64,000 nucleotides of DNA from Laetmonice hystrix (lineage: Eukaryota), in assembly GCA_965235115.1 (NCBI GenBank), contig OZ249448.1, forward strand, positions 20,522,001 through 20,586,000, given 5' to 3'. The position numbers and the translations under genes were made by a program. Below the pieces are notes generated by a model that was not told the DNA's origin, did not search any database, and saw only the letters and a list, made by a program, of their open reading frames with translations. Positions 25,001 through 36,200 of this stretch are shown here, in pieces (position 1 is the stretch's first letter; each line of letters opens with the position of its first letter).

Positions 25001-28000
25001 GTAGGCCTACCAGGTGGGCTTCGAGAATCTATATTTCCCCCGATAGCTGACGGCTCTGCCCGTACTAGGCTATTGTACTTAACGATAAGCTAAATTAACA
25101 TCCCTTATCACGTTGTTCGGCGTTAAGACCCTGTTTAAATATCATTGTTGTCAACGCTATAGATAGGCCTACTGGGTATAGACCTACAGCCCTGGGCTCA
25201 TACCCGACCTTTGGGCGTAGTCCTCTCGTACAAGGGTTAGACCTATATAAATGGCTCTGTTGTTGGGCTTCGCATCTATACATAGGCCTAGGCCTACATA
25301 CATTGTCTCCAAAAAAAGTCCAGGCCAAACCAGGCAACCTCAGAATCTACATGTTCTGCCCACCCTTTTTTGGTGCAGTAAGGTCAGGCCTCACCTAGCA
25401 GTGACCGACTATGTAACTTTTTTCTCTTTTTTTCATTGCATTTTCTTTCTTTTCTTTTTCTTTATTCTTTCTTTATCCTTTCTCTTTGCTCAAGTTCCTA
25501 CCCGAAATAAAAAAAAATGGATTATCTATCGTGTCGAAACAGATTGGTGTGCCCGATGGCCTATATTACACATGTTCGGTGTAATAATGGACCTGCGTGT
25601 TGTGTAATATGGACCTGGGGGGGGGGGGGGCTAATTTTTAGCCTCGCTACGCTCGGCATGATTTGCCTAGATATAACATGGGGACCATGCTGCTGTATCC
25701 CCAATACACACACAACTGCGCCCAACAGATGGCGTGTGGGTGCACAGCCGTAACGCAAATATCGTTATTTCCTACACTTTGAATTGTGGAGTATCGACCG
25801 ATCAGCAGAGACCCCTATGTGTGAAATTTGGAGTTAGACTGGGCTTACGGATGTCTTATGCACCAGACCCATAACATGACGTGCACGTCCAGTTTGTTTT
25901 TTCGTCCTCCCTGTCTTCTGCTATATTACCTTTTAGATTTTTCGGTACATGTATATCTTTCACCAACATGTAGCCCTGTAGATGGAGTAGCATTAACATC
26001 AAAACAGAGCCATCTTTCTTATGTTCATAAATGTCAACCTTTTATTCTACACATTGTACTGAACCCTTCAAAATAGGGCTGCAAATTTACAATGTTCCTG
26101 CCTTTTTTTTATTATTGTTTTACCGGACCGACTGACGCATACTATCCAAGCTCAATGTACACAGGAGGAAGGACGGGTGCCTCTGTGGATAATGATATGA
26201 CATCATCAGGCACCTGCTTCTTTCAGGAGGGGTGCTGTCAAACGTTTCACATAGATCTCATCGTTGGACAGCCACCTAACTAAATATTACACACAGCATT
26301 TAGGAGGTACCCTAGCATCAACTAGGAAGAATGGATAAAACTGGCTATATTGTAATGGCAAACTGACTACATGGGGGTTCGTAGCAGAGCTCACACTGCT
26401 CCCATGCACATGGCTGATGTGAAAGTAAGTCGCCAGGGATTGGATTTGAAATTGAAAGATACCGCGCGATATACACAGGGGGTTTTAACTTGTAATGTTA
26501 AATACACCAGCCTCAAATCTAGACCACACGTGACTAGTTGCCAATGCACGCTGCGACACATAAATACACTTCAGATTTGTATCACTTGTATCATTTGAAG
26601 CTGTAGCCATCTGGATCGAAGTTACCCTCGTGAGTCGACGTTTAACATGTACCCTACCAGTAATTGACCTTTGTCACTTTGACTGTGACTGCCTTGGACT
26701 TACAATATTGACAATTTTCAGGATACTGTATGCTGCCATCTGTGTTTAACATGCGATCTGGACGTTAAGAACTCGAAACACTGTTAAATGAAGCAAGCAT
26801 ATAGTGCCCGTCTCCACCCACTACCAAGTGGCCAGGAGCGATACAGAAGGTTTCAGTACCTCCACAGTTTTCTTTGTACTGCATGCTCTCCTATCTGCCC
26901 ACTCCGTTTCACCAACATTCCCGAGCTCAGACTTCGGAGCAAATGGACTCTGTGCGAAGCGACAATACTATGAGTTAAACACAATAAAAACCACCAAATG
27001 TGGCCTTCATTATAAACCACCAGGCCTTATTGTTATTAAAGGGCAGAGGGCCACACTGTCTCGAGTGGCAGACTCGGCGAATTGTTTCTTTAAAAATCCC
27101 GATCTGAAACCTTTGTTTGCAACAGAGAGCCGTCCAGTCCGACTGATACAGCACTAATACACAAGCCACCAGTAAAAGAGATTACAATCTGTGGGGCAAC
27201 ACTTTTATATTTTACACAACACTTTTATATTTTACGATATCAGTTGTAACTGACAATCATAAATAAGACTCTTCAACTCCTTAATGACAGAGCTCTTCAA
27301 GTGAAGTTAACCTTTTGCCGTGTGAGAATTATCCTCTTGCTAAATAACAAACTCAAGAACTTTTTTTTACTGTCTTCTGCTGGGCTACAGTGGAAGTCTT
27401 CGAGAGCACAGACAGGCATTTTCTCATTAAAACCGTATGCAATACAAATAAAGCCTACATGTAAAGGATGTTGCACTGGGAGCAAAAAACGATGAAGGAA
27501 TCACGAAATCCAATACGGAACCCAAGGGCAATGATGCTTAACTCTCTTAGACTTAAGCAAAAAGAGCCAATCGTGCTGGGCATAAAAAGAAGCCATTTTC
27601 TTGTGTAATTGTATCATTTTTATTAAATACAGTGGATCTAAACAATCCTTCAGCTGATATCAAATGCCAAATAGGACACCAACATTATAACTAAGCTTTC
27701 TTAACACTGGGTTATTTTTCTATCCGTATACCAGTTCGTACCCAGCCCTGCACTTAAATCAAAAATATTCACAAGATGCAATAAACCATGTTTATTCCAC
27801 AATTGATAGTGGCTTGCCATTTTTTTATGATACCTTTTAATTCTTGAGCAGCATATGCTACAGCTGCACATATGTACATCAGTGCCATGGACTCTTCTGG
27901 TGGCCAAACTGAGAAGCCACGATTCAGGCTGGGAGGCAGCCAGTCCAGGTTTAGTATGTCGTTCATGCAGACAGGTCACGATTACTATACTTTAAAAAAA

Positions 28001-28551
28001 ATAAACAAAATAAACATTATGGGTCCAATTAGAGAACGTATGATAGCCCATGGTTGTACATTGTGTGTCAACTTAGCCTGGGGCAACTTGAGGGCTTCTT
28101 GTTGCTTTGGCCTGAAAAGCTTGTGACTGCTCGAACCCCGTCTGCCTTGACTTCAGCTCCGGGTGTCCCCCTCAACTGGGCCTGGTGAAAGAGTAATTTT
28201 AACCATTCAATGACATTATGTTCTTCCTCATGTGACTATGCATGCCAACCCAAAGTCATAAAAACCTGAATTCTGTGCCTAGCACATGGGTAAATCCCAA
28301 CAGGATCAAGTATTGGCATGGCTGGTGAAAGGTGAGGACTCCCTTCATATTGTCAGAAATGATCGCCTGTCTTTCCAGCGAATGTCAAGAGCTGATATTT
28401 TGGAACAGGGAGGATTGACATGCCTAAAAAACAACAGGATTCTGAGTTTTTGTGAACCCCTTCTGTATCATTTACAGGACTTTTACAAGACTGTAGATGT
28501 CTATCTTTGTGCAGGTTTCTAGCTATCAAAAATAGTAACTCCAAAACATAC

Positions 28552-31500
28552 TTATCTACTGCTGCCTGGACCACTGTCCGGTTTTTCCTCACGCGGACGC
28601 CCTGTACCAAATATGCTGGTGTTTCGCGATGCTTGGGCTGGTGGAGTGGCTTGAGCTTGGCTTGACCTAGGCAACAACTTTAGCTTTGGCCGTGCTGCCG
28701 CAGATTCTGAAAAAATTCAATCCCCATCAAACCCAGTTCAAACTCAGGAAATGACTAGGAGCAGTGCTTTAAGTACAACACTGGCTTTTCTACATCTAGT
28801 GCAGATGACAATTTAGCTCACATTTATCCTGCAAATAATTTCTAAAGACTACATCCTAGCTCGCATACTGCAAACATTTATATTTTTGGGACATACTTAT
28901 GATACTATGATTTGCAATGGTTCATAATTGATATTCCTATGCAAGGAAAACACTCAATGTTTACTAATGATTGCTTTCAGTCCCAATGCCTCAAATACCA
29001 ATGTATATTTATCTTGAAGTCCCTTGTCCCATCCCTTTCTTATGGAAAGAAAAATATCTTATGTATCTTAATATGGCAACAAATGCCTAATTCTGTATTC
29101 ACTGTACAGGATCCAGTGGAAAATAAAAGAAAAATAACCTTATAATTAACCAAAAATGCTTATTTTTACCCCTTTATTATCACCATGATTTATCTCCATG
29201 CAATGCAAATCCTTCTACCAAAAGATGAAGTTAGCAGTGAAATCATCCTTCTTGAATCACCATGGCCTGCACCTCTGGTACTTCAAATAACCTTAAATAG
29301 TTTGTTACCTCAGAAAACTAAAAGTTTCCTTTGCTTTCAATCCGACTACCATAATCTTAAGTGTACAAGCCGTGGCCCTGTAAGTCACAGGCCGTTTTTG
29401 GAGCAAAAGTCATAGAAAAAGAAACTTAATGTTTTTGTTATTGTTATTGCCATTGTTAATCGGGCTGTTGCTTTCTCTGGGCATTGAAAACAATAGGACA
29501 CACCTTTATTTTTGGAATCCATCACATATTGACACATAAAACAACATGGGTGTTAAAGTGTACACCACAACTGTGGTATGTATACATGTATATAGCAGGC
29601 CAGTTCCCACTGTTGACCTAGGGTCCTAGATAATATCAGTAACTAACTTATAGGCTATCCTCAAACACATGTGGCCATCTAGTATAAGCTGCACCCCCAA
29701 CTTATGAATAATTTGAGGAAAAAAGTGTGGCTTGTACACAGAAGATTGCGGTAACAGGGGAGTAAAACCAACCCTGCCATTTCAAGAAAATTACAAATAA
29801 GAAGAAGGTAGTACCTTATCCTTTAGTCAGTGAAGCCCACTACAATATGCTTATTTGGTATCTTGACCTCAGCTTTTTAAAAAAATGAATATTACCTAGA
29901 TATTCAGATATGTATCATAAATAGCATAACTGCAAATCTACATGCGTACATGTATGATTGATGCAATGTCCTAAAGTTACTGATTGAATAGGATATACCA
30001 GTAATTTCTTTATTCAAATTTCTCACACAACTTGCTAAGTCAAATTTTTTTCACAATGTCTACCTTTCTGAAGCAGTTAAAATCTTTAATCTACTTATTT
30101 GGGTTTCAGGTAAGGTTACTTTAACACCTCTTGATAAAAACTCAAGAATCATCTACAAGCTAAGTGGGTCAACATACCTTTTGTCATATTGCAGCAGCCT
30201 TCATAATCACCTTAAAGCTAGAAATATCAAATTGGATACGCTTACCTGCATCAGGCTCCGGAAACTCACCTGGGGACGGTTCCCGAAATTCACCACTATC
30301 CGTCCGAGGCCTTCCACCTCTGAATCCACCGCTGCCGCCATCGCGGTCGTAGCCACCTCGCCGAGCCCCGCCACGCCCTTCTGATTTGTCATCAAATCCA
30401 CCTTCGAACCGGTCCCGGCCGCCTCCAAAGCCTCCACCTCGGTTGTCACGGTCGCCAAAGTCACGTCGACCACCTCCAAAACCTCCACCGAAGTCATCGC
30501 GTCCACCACGGCCTCCTCCTTTATACATACATGGACATCTACATTAGGTACTGTCTAATATCTATCTTCTCCAGCTCAGCCAAAGAAACTGATTCCTACA
30601 TGAACTTATTATGTGACTATTTCTGAGAGCTATGAACTGTCTTGGCACTGAAACAGCAATAAACATTTCAAAACACAACCACTAACTGAGGTTGAGGTTT
30701 ACTTGTTCCAAAACAGGTACTGGATAAAATGTTCAGACATGTGCAGAAAAAAAGGTTGATATTTAAGCAACCTACCAAAGTTATCTCGTCCACCTCCACC
30801 TCCACGTCCTCCTCGGAACCCTCCGCGATCGTTCTTACGACCTTCTGCTATATCAACTCGCAACTTCCTATCTTCAAAAAGCTGTAACCAAACACCGAAA
30901 CTTCGTCACAAAATCTTTGTTATCATGGAAAAACTCTGTCACCTCAAGAGAAAACACTTGCATTTAATGATATGACACCAGACCTTAGGTTTTGACGGGC
31001 GCCATCGCTCTTGCGCGCCATCATGCCCCTAAACAGCTTAGCAGAGGAGCAAAAATATGCGCCCATACTTGCTATTGAATAGCGCACCTCGGCAAACATG
31101 CTGGAGGGTTTCTAGATCACCGGTGGTTCGGCCCCAACATGATAATGTGGACATCGATCAATCCAGCGTGTACTTTCGTCTGCCATGTAGAGTTTAGACA
31201 AGGCAGTCAGTATACACTGAGGAGCTAGAAGGCACAGGTGCACCCCTCTCTTTACCGGTTCACTGATTCCAGTGTATTGATTCAGTGTAGTCATGAGTTG
31301 CCAGACGGTCTGGAGTATAGGACAGGAATTATCTACTCTTTACAATGATACAATCACACCAGGGCCTGGTTCTTTGGTTGAGCTTGAGTCTTGAGATGAG
31401 AATCTCGTCTAAAGCTCACCTCTGTGAGACTGAGATCGTCTCAGGCTCACCGTTGGGTTTTTTAGTTCCGTCTCATCTCACGCTCTGGCTCAGATTTCGT

Positions 31501-34500
31501 CTCACCGGTGAGACAGCATCGACCCTGTCTCACACCTTGTCTCAACCTCATTAAAACCAAGCTAAACATTACTGACAATCCTACACTTCTATAGGCTTGC
31601 ATATTTAGGCCTATGTTGTTGCCTGCTCGATTTTAGGCCTATTCAAAGGAAAGATAGTTTACTTTGATAGCCCTACATTTTCATGTTGGACTACGGCTGC
31701 ATGCAGAATGATAAAGTAGGCCAGTGGATGAGTTTGCCAAGCGGCACCTTTGTTACGTCACAATGGACTGGTGATTGTTGCACCTATTGTGTCATCACGA
31801 TTATTCCATTTTCGGCCAGTGAGACGACTGAGACGATGTCTCAACTGAGCCAAAGCTCAATCTCAACTAAAAAACCCGATTTGAGCTCTGTCTCCACTGA
31901 GATCATCTCAGGCTCACCATGAGATGAGATGAGCTTGAGCCTGAGACGACGACCAAAAAACCGGGCCCAGACTCACAGGTTCCAGTGTGTTGATTTAGTA
32001 CATTCTCACGAGTATTTTTTGAATGAAAAATTTTATGAATATTTTAAATGTTTACCACTTTAGTTGGACCTGGGGAAGCGTGTTGTCATAAAACCCAGTA
32101 TTACCCAGAAAACCCAGTAAAACCCGGGTAAACCCAGTAAAACCCACTGGGCTGGGCAATAAGCTTAAAACCCGGGTTTTTGCCAACCCTGATTTTCGAT
32201 CGCCACCATGTTGTACTTTTATCCTGAATACAATAGTACAACGTATTTGATTGGCTTCCCACTTTGAGAACAGTGTTACCATTGGTCCTATCAATCTGCT
32301 TCATCGTACCCAGTCACGCGATACACTATCAACAGCGTGCTATTCAAAACACGTGTTGAGACCATAGACATCGTAATATCGGTTGAGGGGAGCTTCCAGA
32401 TCACTCTCCTAGAGCAGCTGAGGGGAGCTATTAATCACTTGCCTGCATTTTTTCAAAACCCAAGGTCTGTGGCACCAACTTACCAGAGTCGAACCTGGAT
32501 AATCCGACCATGTTAGTGTCAGATCTTCAATATGTCAGACTGTTGAATCTTGGCCAGATGCGGTGGGGTAGGTGTGGGGGGGGGGAGCTGTTAGTTCAAG
32601 TGATTTAAGTGGTATTGATAATCAAATAAAATTGTATTCTACATGTATAAATAAATATATAGAATAAAGGTTAGAAGTACATGTATGTAGTATTTGTACA
32701 TATATTTTTCAAAACTATATTATATACATGTAGTTATGGTTCAGACATCTAAGTCATTCGATGACTTTGTTCTGTTATTGGGATTTGGCTGATGTATTAC
32801 ATATCGTATCGTGAAACAAGACGTGTATCGTTTCAGCCCTAGTTAAGGTTTGACTGTAACTTCAGACCCCGAACAGACAAGGCAACTTTAGGCAGACTTA
32901 CTGCTCCATCAAATAACAGGGCTTCTTTAAGGGATGTCGTGTTCTGGAACTCCACATATGCAAACCCTTTGAATCTGTCTGTGTCTCTGTCTCGCACAAG
33001 ACGAATACTCTGAATCTGAAATAAAAAACATCAAACGTTTGCCAGGTTATTTTTAAACCGGGGTCTCCCTATTGATGGGAAAAGGTCTCAAAATTCATCT
33101 TTGATCTAACATTTTGCAAACAATTAGTACATGGAGGTTCTCAAGAAGAATTCAGCTGTCAGCCTACCTTTTTGTATGGATCAGAAGAACATTTAAAGAA
33201 AACTATTATTTTCATCAAAGATGATATTGATAGTTTCTTCTGAGGTTCATGCTGCTCACCAAGACAAGAACTGCTTCAACTTTGTACGACTTTGATACAT
33301 TTCCATGGTTTCACCTCATTTATTTCCAGCTGTGGAAAAGGGTTTAGGTGGCATTCTGTGCATTTGTTTATTTTTTTTCAATCCTCAAGCTATAAACTGA
33401 GCAGGATCTAATTAGATAGAGGCAATAATTAAACTATTAATGCACTTACATCAAGCTCTTTGAATATCTCTTCAACGTCTCCCTGGACGATGCCGTTTGG
33501 CAAGCCACCTACAAATGCTGTGTATGGTGGCTCAGTTGGAAACGGTTTCTGCTCTCTATCACGTCCACCTCCACCGTATCTTCCGCCACTGCCGCCGCCG
33601 CCACCTCTTCTATCATAGCCCCTATCACTGAAATGAATTTAACCAAAAAACCAACCAATAACTTACTAAATTACATTTATGGGTTACACACATTTTCAAT
33701 TTTCAGAGGCCTGAAGAGAGCATGTGGATGTCAGAGCCAGGCAAGTGGACTTTTGTAGTCCACTTGTCCTGTGGCAAGTGATTAATTTGAAAAATTGGCC
33801 ACCCCTGAATCCAATTGTTTAAAAGTTTAAAAGATCCTAGATCCGCCTAGGCCCATCCTGCTCTCTACCGGCCAAGGTCCCCTACAACAAGCCCCGGCCG
33901 AACGGGAGGCCCCCTACAAGTCCCGGCCGAATGGACTGGCCGAGACCCCCTACAAGCCCCAGCAGCGAGCGAGCGGCCGGCGGTCCCGCAGCAGTTTGAG
34001 CGAGTAAGCGAGTGGGCTCATGTGACGTGATACCCTTTTAGCCAGATTTTCGCCACCTGTGCCATTAATTCGCCAAATCCACTCACTCTGAGCCAATAAT
34101 ATCAATTTATACAGTGCAGGTGGGGAGGGAGTGGGCAGAGCTAGGCTCGTTTCTTGGCTTGCATAGCAGGTTGTCAATCACTCTGAGTGGCAGTTCGGCA
34201 GTAGGCATAGTCTTAGACCGTCACAATCTTGGCCAAGTTTCTTTAGCCCTCGTCAGCCGATGGCCAAGTAGAGGTGCCGGGTCAACTCGTACCCTGACCA
34301 ACTCGTACCCTAACGTACTCATACCCCAACCAAGTCGTACCCTGAAGTAGTTCATCGGTGACTAGACAACTAAATTAATGTCCAAGTATATCTAATAGGC
34401 CTATAGCCATAATATAGCCTAACTAACTCCTAAGTATCCTAACTCTAATAATTAGCCCTACACTAACGTCAGGGTACGACTTGGTATGGGTAGGCCTACG

Positions 34501-36116
34501 ACTTGGTCAAGGTACGAGTTGGTCAGGGTACGCTTTGGTCAGGGTAGGAGTTTGTACGGACCTAGGCCTACGACTTGACCCGGGACCCAAATAGAGTAGG
34601 GCTGGTTGTGCCTTGTGGCCCAGCCGGACAACTTTCTTGGGTACTAGGCATACCCTAGTTCGCGAAACGTTTCGCCAAAGGCAAAGCAAGTGAAGTGTTG
34701 GATTTGCCAGACTGGGTCATCAGTCGCCATTGGCGAGTGGGTATCGCGAACCTAGTTTAGTTTTTAAACGGTGTCTTCCAGAACACCGTTTAGTTGTCAA
34801 GTGACGCTGGCCTAGCGACTCTTGGACGCTCTGCGAAGAGGTCCGTTATCGCAACTTTGCGGCCTTCGTTTTGGTACTAAGGAGCATGAAATCGATTTTC
34901 ATAGAGAGCCACGGTATTGAAGTTTCTATTTCGACCGTGATTATAATTATTGGACAAATATAACGTCCACATGGTCCGGTTGTTTACGAGCAAGTCGGGT
35001 CCGGAGCTCCGTCAGCCATCTGCGGTGCACTGAGTGACCGGGAACTGATAAAAGTTAGATCGCTACTGGTACCCGAAACGGATAGCTTCACTCTGTGCCG
35101 TCAGCGTCTGCTTGATCAGTTAGTGCGACCTACTTATGCGGTCCGTTCCGGATCAACTGTAGAAGTGGAAAATACGCACACCCGATAAACTGGGTCACCG
35201 CTGGTCACCCACGCTGCGCTGTATTTGACCAAACAAACTGAGAATTTCACCTACTAAGATAACATCCAACAAAATACATTTACGTATCTGTTGAAGTAAC
35301 CTCTTTTGTGTACTCTCAGCAAGTTTCAGTGCCAAAAGTGGTCCGAAACATGACTTTGAGGTGATGATGCGCGATAGGACCGAGATAGAACCCCGGCAGC
35401 ATAGCAGTCGCTGGGGCATTTGTACTCGACGGTCAGAGTCCGTATGGACGTAAGGACTAGGACTCTGACTTGTTGGAGTATCGCGAACCCTGCTTTAATT
35501 ATTTGGTCTAGATACTGTAAGTAGCAAGATAAACTGATTTATTTCATTAGACTAGTCACTAGACCTACACCTACAGCCTGGCTAGGCTGGAATCTCAGAA
35601 TCTGCACGGGTCAAAATTGACAAAAACTTGAAAAAGACAAAATAGAATTAGATCTAACGTTAGACTAAAGTAAAGTTAGATGTAGATCTAGAACTAGAAG
35701 GCATTGATCTATTTCTTGTCCTCCCTAGTAGTACCCTTTCACTTTTTTAAAATTAAGGGATCATCGTGCAAACAGTCTTTGTTCAACTAAGTACTTGGCT
35801 ATTTTTGTCTAGGGCGACTACTCATGCAAAAAACACGCTTCCGAAAATCATATAAATTCAATTTTTCCTGGTCTGTCCCCGAATTCTGTCGTGAACGAAA
35901 TCGCAGACACGCGACCTGCGATTTTCGAACACTAAGGAAACCGGCACATTATGGATGCCCACACTCCGTCAACGCGAATCATTCAACACTGAAAATCGAT
36001 AGTCTCGAGGAGGGTTAACAGCCCTTAAAACTGAACACAAAACAGCTGCCTAACGATACATACTTGCCAAAACTAGAGCCGAATCCGGAATTGTAATCGG
36101 AAGAATAGTCCGCCAT
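28552..36116 (-). CDS. EIF4H: Eukaryotic translation initiation factor 4H, 6 coding exons (36116-36064, 33627-33450, 33015-32902, 30881-30776, 30518-30270/30246, 28706-28552)
   Basis: MADYSSD start; RRM with [14 protein letters not shown] (RNP2), [20 protein letters not shown] (RNP1) and [10 protein letters not shown]; RGG-rich segment; [14 protein letters not shown] and [12 protein letters not shown]-terminal motifs. All junctions are in frame. Confidence 0.95.
31363..31967. mobile_element. MITE, PIF/Harbinger-like (third GGCC-ended family, CAG TSD)
   Basis: Ends GGCCTGGTTCTTTGG ... CCAAAAAACCGGGCC; CAG at 31360-31362 and 31968-31970; subterminal GAGAC/GTCTC/TGAGC repeats. Confidence 0.8.
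32091..32191 (-). mobile_element. Solo terminal fragment of an hAT-like element
   Basis: Minus strand reads CAGGGTTGGCAAAAACCCGGGTTTT followed by CTGGGTTT(T/A) subterminal repeats; no partner end was seen. Confidence 0.5.
33808..34040 (+). repeat. Dispersed GC-rich element, copy A (eIF4H intron 1)
   Basis: Begins AATCCAATTGTTTAAAAGTTTAAAAGATCCTAGAT and ends GTGATACCCTTTTA; homologous to the reverse complement of 37166-37744. Confidence 0.85.
34277..34583. mobile_element. MITE with tandem subterminal inverted repeats
   Basis: CCGGGTCAACTCGTACCCTGACCAACTCGTACCC ... GGTACGAGTTGGTCAGGGTACG ... CGACTTGACCCGG; AT-rich CTAAC-containing core; no TSD resolved. Confidence 0.75.
34655..34755. mobile_element. 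~100-bp mini inverted-repeat element
   Basis: CTAGTTCGCGAAAC..TCGCCAAAGGC versus the right-end reverse complement CTAGGTTCGCGATAC..TCGCCAATGGC. Confidence 0.5.
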
Positions 36117-36200
36117 ATTGCGAATAGGCCATAAGGACCTGAAGTGCGCATGCGCTAAGTACCCACGTGACCTCGAATCGTAAACCACGTGCTCGAGAAA
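36117..36200. promoter_or_regulatory. Compact bidirectional promoter between the eIF4H and MYBBP1A start codons
   Basis: 84 bp between divergent ATGs; contains TGCGCATGCGC (NRF-1 consensus, 36145-36155) and CACGTG E-boxes at 36164-36169 and 36186-36191. Confidence 0.8.

Noticed and set aside
26788-26900. LINE 3'-end-like peptide (HPLPSGQERYRRF)
   Set aside because: Only a few residues resemble the LPSGRRYR tail; no reverse-transcriptase motif or tail repeat is nearby.
28231-28320. 8-bp stem (CATGCCAA/TTGGCATG) followed by ACA in the eIF4H 3'-UTR intron, H/ACA-like
   Set aside because: No H box or second hairpin was identified; compatible with chance.
30207-30509. 100-aa ORF on the minus strand
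   Set aside because: Off-frame shadow of the stop-poor RGG-rich eIF4H exon.
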